A stretch of 64,000 bases of DNA, from positions 6,013 through 70,012 of the forward strand of contig LWCA01000035.1 of the NCBI GenBank assembly GCA_001642005.1. The letters are read 5' to 3'. The DNA is from Intoshia linei. Taxonomy: Eukaryota > Animalia > Orthonectida. Positions 60,791 to 64,000 of this stretch are shown piece by piece (positions within the stretch are counted from its first letter, which is position 1; every line of letters starts with the position of its first letter). The notes under the pieces are model-generated. The model was given only the letters and a program-made list of their open reading frames with translations, was not told the origin of the DNA and made no database searches. Position numbers and translations under genes: made by a program.

Positions 60791-62589
60791 ACCACTTTTT
60801 GAAAGCTTTAATGTAAGCTACCACATTATATTTCCATATACCATATTTCCTGATTTTTATGATTCTTCGTTTTGTAATATTGAATTTTAAGCAATTTAAT
60901 CTCAAGTTAAAAAATATAACAGCGATTATGAAAAATACTAATAATTACAAATTTTTACTGACCCATTGATTCGCGATCCGTGGTTTATAATATAAATTAA
61001 CATTCATAAACTCCCATGTGCGTAAAATTTAATAAACCAATTTAAACTTTTTTTACACCAATGCAAAAGTAGAATTTGAAAATTTCCACATCACATTTAT
61101 CAATTTTTAAAGATAATTATATTATAATACATTTTCAAATATATAAATTTAACATTTTATTGTTTATCTGTATTTTTTCAAGATTTACATTGATTTGATT
61201 TATCTTGCTTTTTATTTCAGTATCAAGTCACATAAAGTAACTCGTAAATTTTAAGTTAAAAATGAAATTTTTATGTACATAAAATATTAATTTGCTTTGT
61301 GTCATATTTTTAATATTATAAACGGACTTTTATTGAATTAACCTTTTCAGTAATAAATTTGAAAAATAGCATAAATTTATATAAAACGTAATAAAATTAA
61401 TTTTAAAGAACGATTGAATGTCAGACATAAATAAACTGTTACAAAAGTTTACTAAAATAAAATTGGTCATGTATTAGATATAGACGTTTATATTGTGTTT
61501 TAAACGGAGATGAAAGTAGTTGTTTGTAAAATTTTACTTGATTTATGGTTTTTCCAATCTAAATAAAAATATTAATTTGACTGTGAAATTTGAAAAATGT
61601 AACACATAATTTTTAAAATTTTTTATAAAGTTAATCTACTATTGAAATGATTATTGAATTGGGTAATTTTAATAACTATAATTATAAAATTCATTAATTA
61701 AGTTAAATGCAAATTCCAATATATCTAATTTTTATGTTTGACAGTGATTTAAATTTTAAATATTCATAAATGTACTTAAGGAGCAATATATTTCTCTAAA
61801 AAATATATTCTAATCGAATACCATAATGGAATTTACTAATTTTAAAATTTTTTCACGTCAAGTCATTTTTTGAAAAAAATTATTAAAATGTAACAGTATA
61901 TTAGCGGAAATTCTATTATTAAAAGGCATATTTAAACAAGGTGCAAGTTTTTGTATGAATTTACGCTGTAATGAACAATTTATCGTCACGGTTTGTCATT
62001 TCAAAGTGAAATTGTTTGCTTAATCATAATTTGTTAAAATAAACTCGTGCAATTTTACGTTAGTTTAATCATGTTAAATCAGATTAAGAATCAAATTTCA
62101 ACTTATTTTTTGACAAATTGGTTATCATTCAATTCTAGTTAATCAAAATCTTTATTTTTATAAATTAATTGTTACTTGAGATTATCTGTGTAAAACATCT
62201 GGAATATCTAATGCATAGTCTCAAATTATAAATCCAAACATAATGAACAATAATGTACGTTTTATATAAGATAATTTTTATTTTTTCAATGTTGGATACC
62301 ATTTGAAACAATTAATCAAAGAATCGCTCTTCTTTTTATCTAGTGTCCTATAGAGTCTATCAATTGCTTTTCTAAGTCGCGTGATTAATGCGTCGTTAAT
62401 ATATTAATTGTTAATATTGATGTAATGTTTATTTCTTTTTGCTCATATGAAGGATTACTCTTCCCAATTGACTCGTTAAGTACATTATCATTTTCTCCAG
62501 AGTTTTATATTATTAAACATGAAAGGTCAAATTTCCATTAAATTAATATTAAATAAATAATATAAACAGTAAATAAAATATATTTAGAA

Positions 62590-62777
62590 ATGGAAAAGAA
62601 AATGCATCCACTGTACGTTACAAATACTACTAGAAATTATAATATTCCTTCCGTACCGGATGAAATAATCACAAATAAAACAAGTTATAATATTAACAAT
62701 ATAAGTGATAAAACTATAATGGAAAATAATTACAAACATATCAATAACAATAATACCAATATTAATTTTGTTAATTG
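62590..62777 (+). CDS. Possible Asn-rich exon of a gene continuing beyond the window
   Basis: Open frame preceded by TTTAG and followed by a strong GTAAGT donor; no recognisable domain. Confidence 0.3.
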
Positions 62778-64000
62778 TAAGTTTAATTTTACTTAAAAAT
62801 ACAAGGCTTCAACATTAATTAATCACCATCTATTTATAAATCAATTTGTCAAATGAGACCCTTTAATATTTTTAGAAATTTATTAACCTTACGTTCGCGG
62901 ACAGGTCCAGTTCGCCGAAAAATTGCATTTACCCGTGAATTTTAGTTTATTCATTTAATTAAAACCGTTAAAATATTGAAAACAAATTAAATGACAAAAT
63001 GAATAAAATTCTAGATTTTAACGATTTCATATTCACTTTCAGTAATTTTGACATCCACTTTTAGTAAATTTTGATCAAATTTGATTTGTATTAATAAAAT
63101 ATGCTAACAATGTTTCTAAACTCTTTTTGTAAAATTTCATCACATCATGATTTCATAATGCCAATTTTTTTTTTAAATTTGAATTTTATATGTGATCGGC
63201 TCGCCGAATATCACACAATTTCCTTTATGAATTTTATCAAAAAATGTCATCCTTTCATTTTTTGCTACCCTTTAGTTTACAACAGGAATCGGCAACATTT
63301 TGCGTCTCATGGAACACTCGTTTTATCAAAAAAATTATACCATCCCGTTTTTGAAAATTTACACATGAGACATTTCAATTTTAACTGAAGAGAAACGGTT
63401 CTAGCATATTCAACAAAATAATATCCAGGGCGATCTGAAAATTCAGAGTTAATATCAGAGCCGTCTTAACTTACCCCACTTCATGGCTCTGGGCTAAGCA
63501 AAGGGCTGGAAACCCTTTAAAGTTTTGAGCGAAGAAAAAAACTATGTGCAGCTAAATGATAAAAAAATTAGGGCCTCTTTCTAGAAGATAGGGCATACGG
63601 TTGATTGGAGACTTAGACTGGTTAAAGTCTTATTTCACTGAGTATTAATAAAAGCATTAAAAGATATTATGTAGGTTTTTAGTAACTTTTATTTTTTTTA
63701 CAAAAACTTACTTAATTAATGAACAAAGTTTACTTTTTCATTTGAAAATATGCACCATGCAGTCACAAAAAATTCTTGACAATTCTTCACGAATGCTGTT
63801 TTCTCACTTTTTTCTAAGAGAAATCAGATGATATTATCAAAACTGATATCATTCAAAATATCATTCTCAATTGATATTAAAGTAAAGCTGCCAGAAGTAC
63901 GTTTTTTTGTAAAAATACGTTTTAAGCAGCACTGATAAAAACGTACTAAAAACGTACTAAAAATTTAAGTTTATTATAATAAACTTTAATAATTTTTAAA

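Overview
This is very AT-rich metazoan nuclear DNA with dense genes, standard genetic code and many 35-40 nt GT-AG introns. That style suggests a reduced spiralian parasite such as the orthonectid Intoshia, but this is an inference only. Manual exon assembly gives 16 multi-exon genes in order: a truncated L1CAM/neuroglian-like receptor (5' partial), an SLC26 anion transporter, ANKRD45, PNKP, ROMO1, DDC, TEX2, CYFIP, RPA1, KYAT, PRPSAP, FAIM, an orphan coiled-coil/RVxF protein, CDK5RAP3, a secreted MAM-domain + Gly-His-repeat protein, and SWI5. The larger introns and intergenic DNA hold many short DNA-transposon derivatives (hAT with 8-bp TSDs, piggyBac-like, Tc1/pogo-like), some nested, plus transposase remnants. 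No rRNA, tRNA or CRISPR was recognised. The most unusual items are: (1) a 530-aa secreted protein fusing a MAM domain to 34 (Gly-His-X) triplets and a His/Tyr/Asp tail; (2) an L1 protein lacking all FN3 repeats, with FIGQY changed to FTDQY; (3) a CDK5RAP3 lacking its IDWG shuffled-AIM motifs; (4) a PNKP with a degenerate kinase domain.
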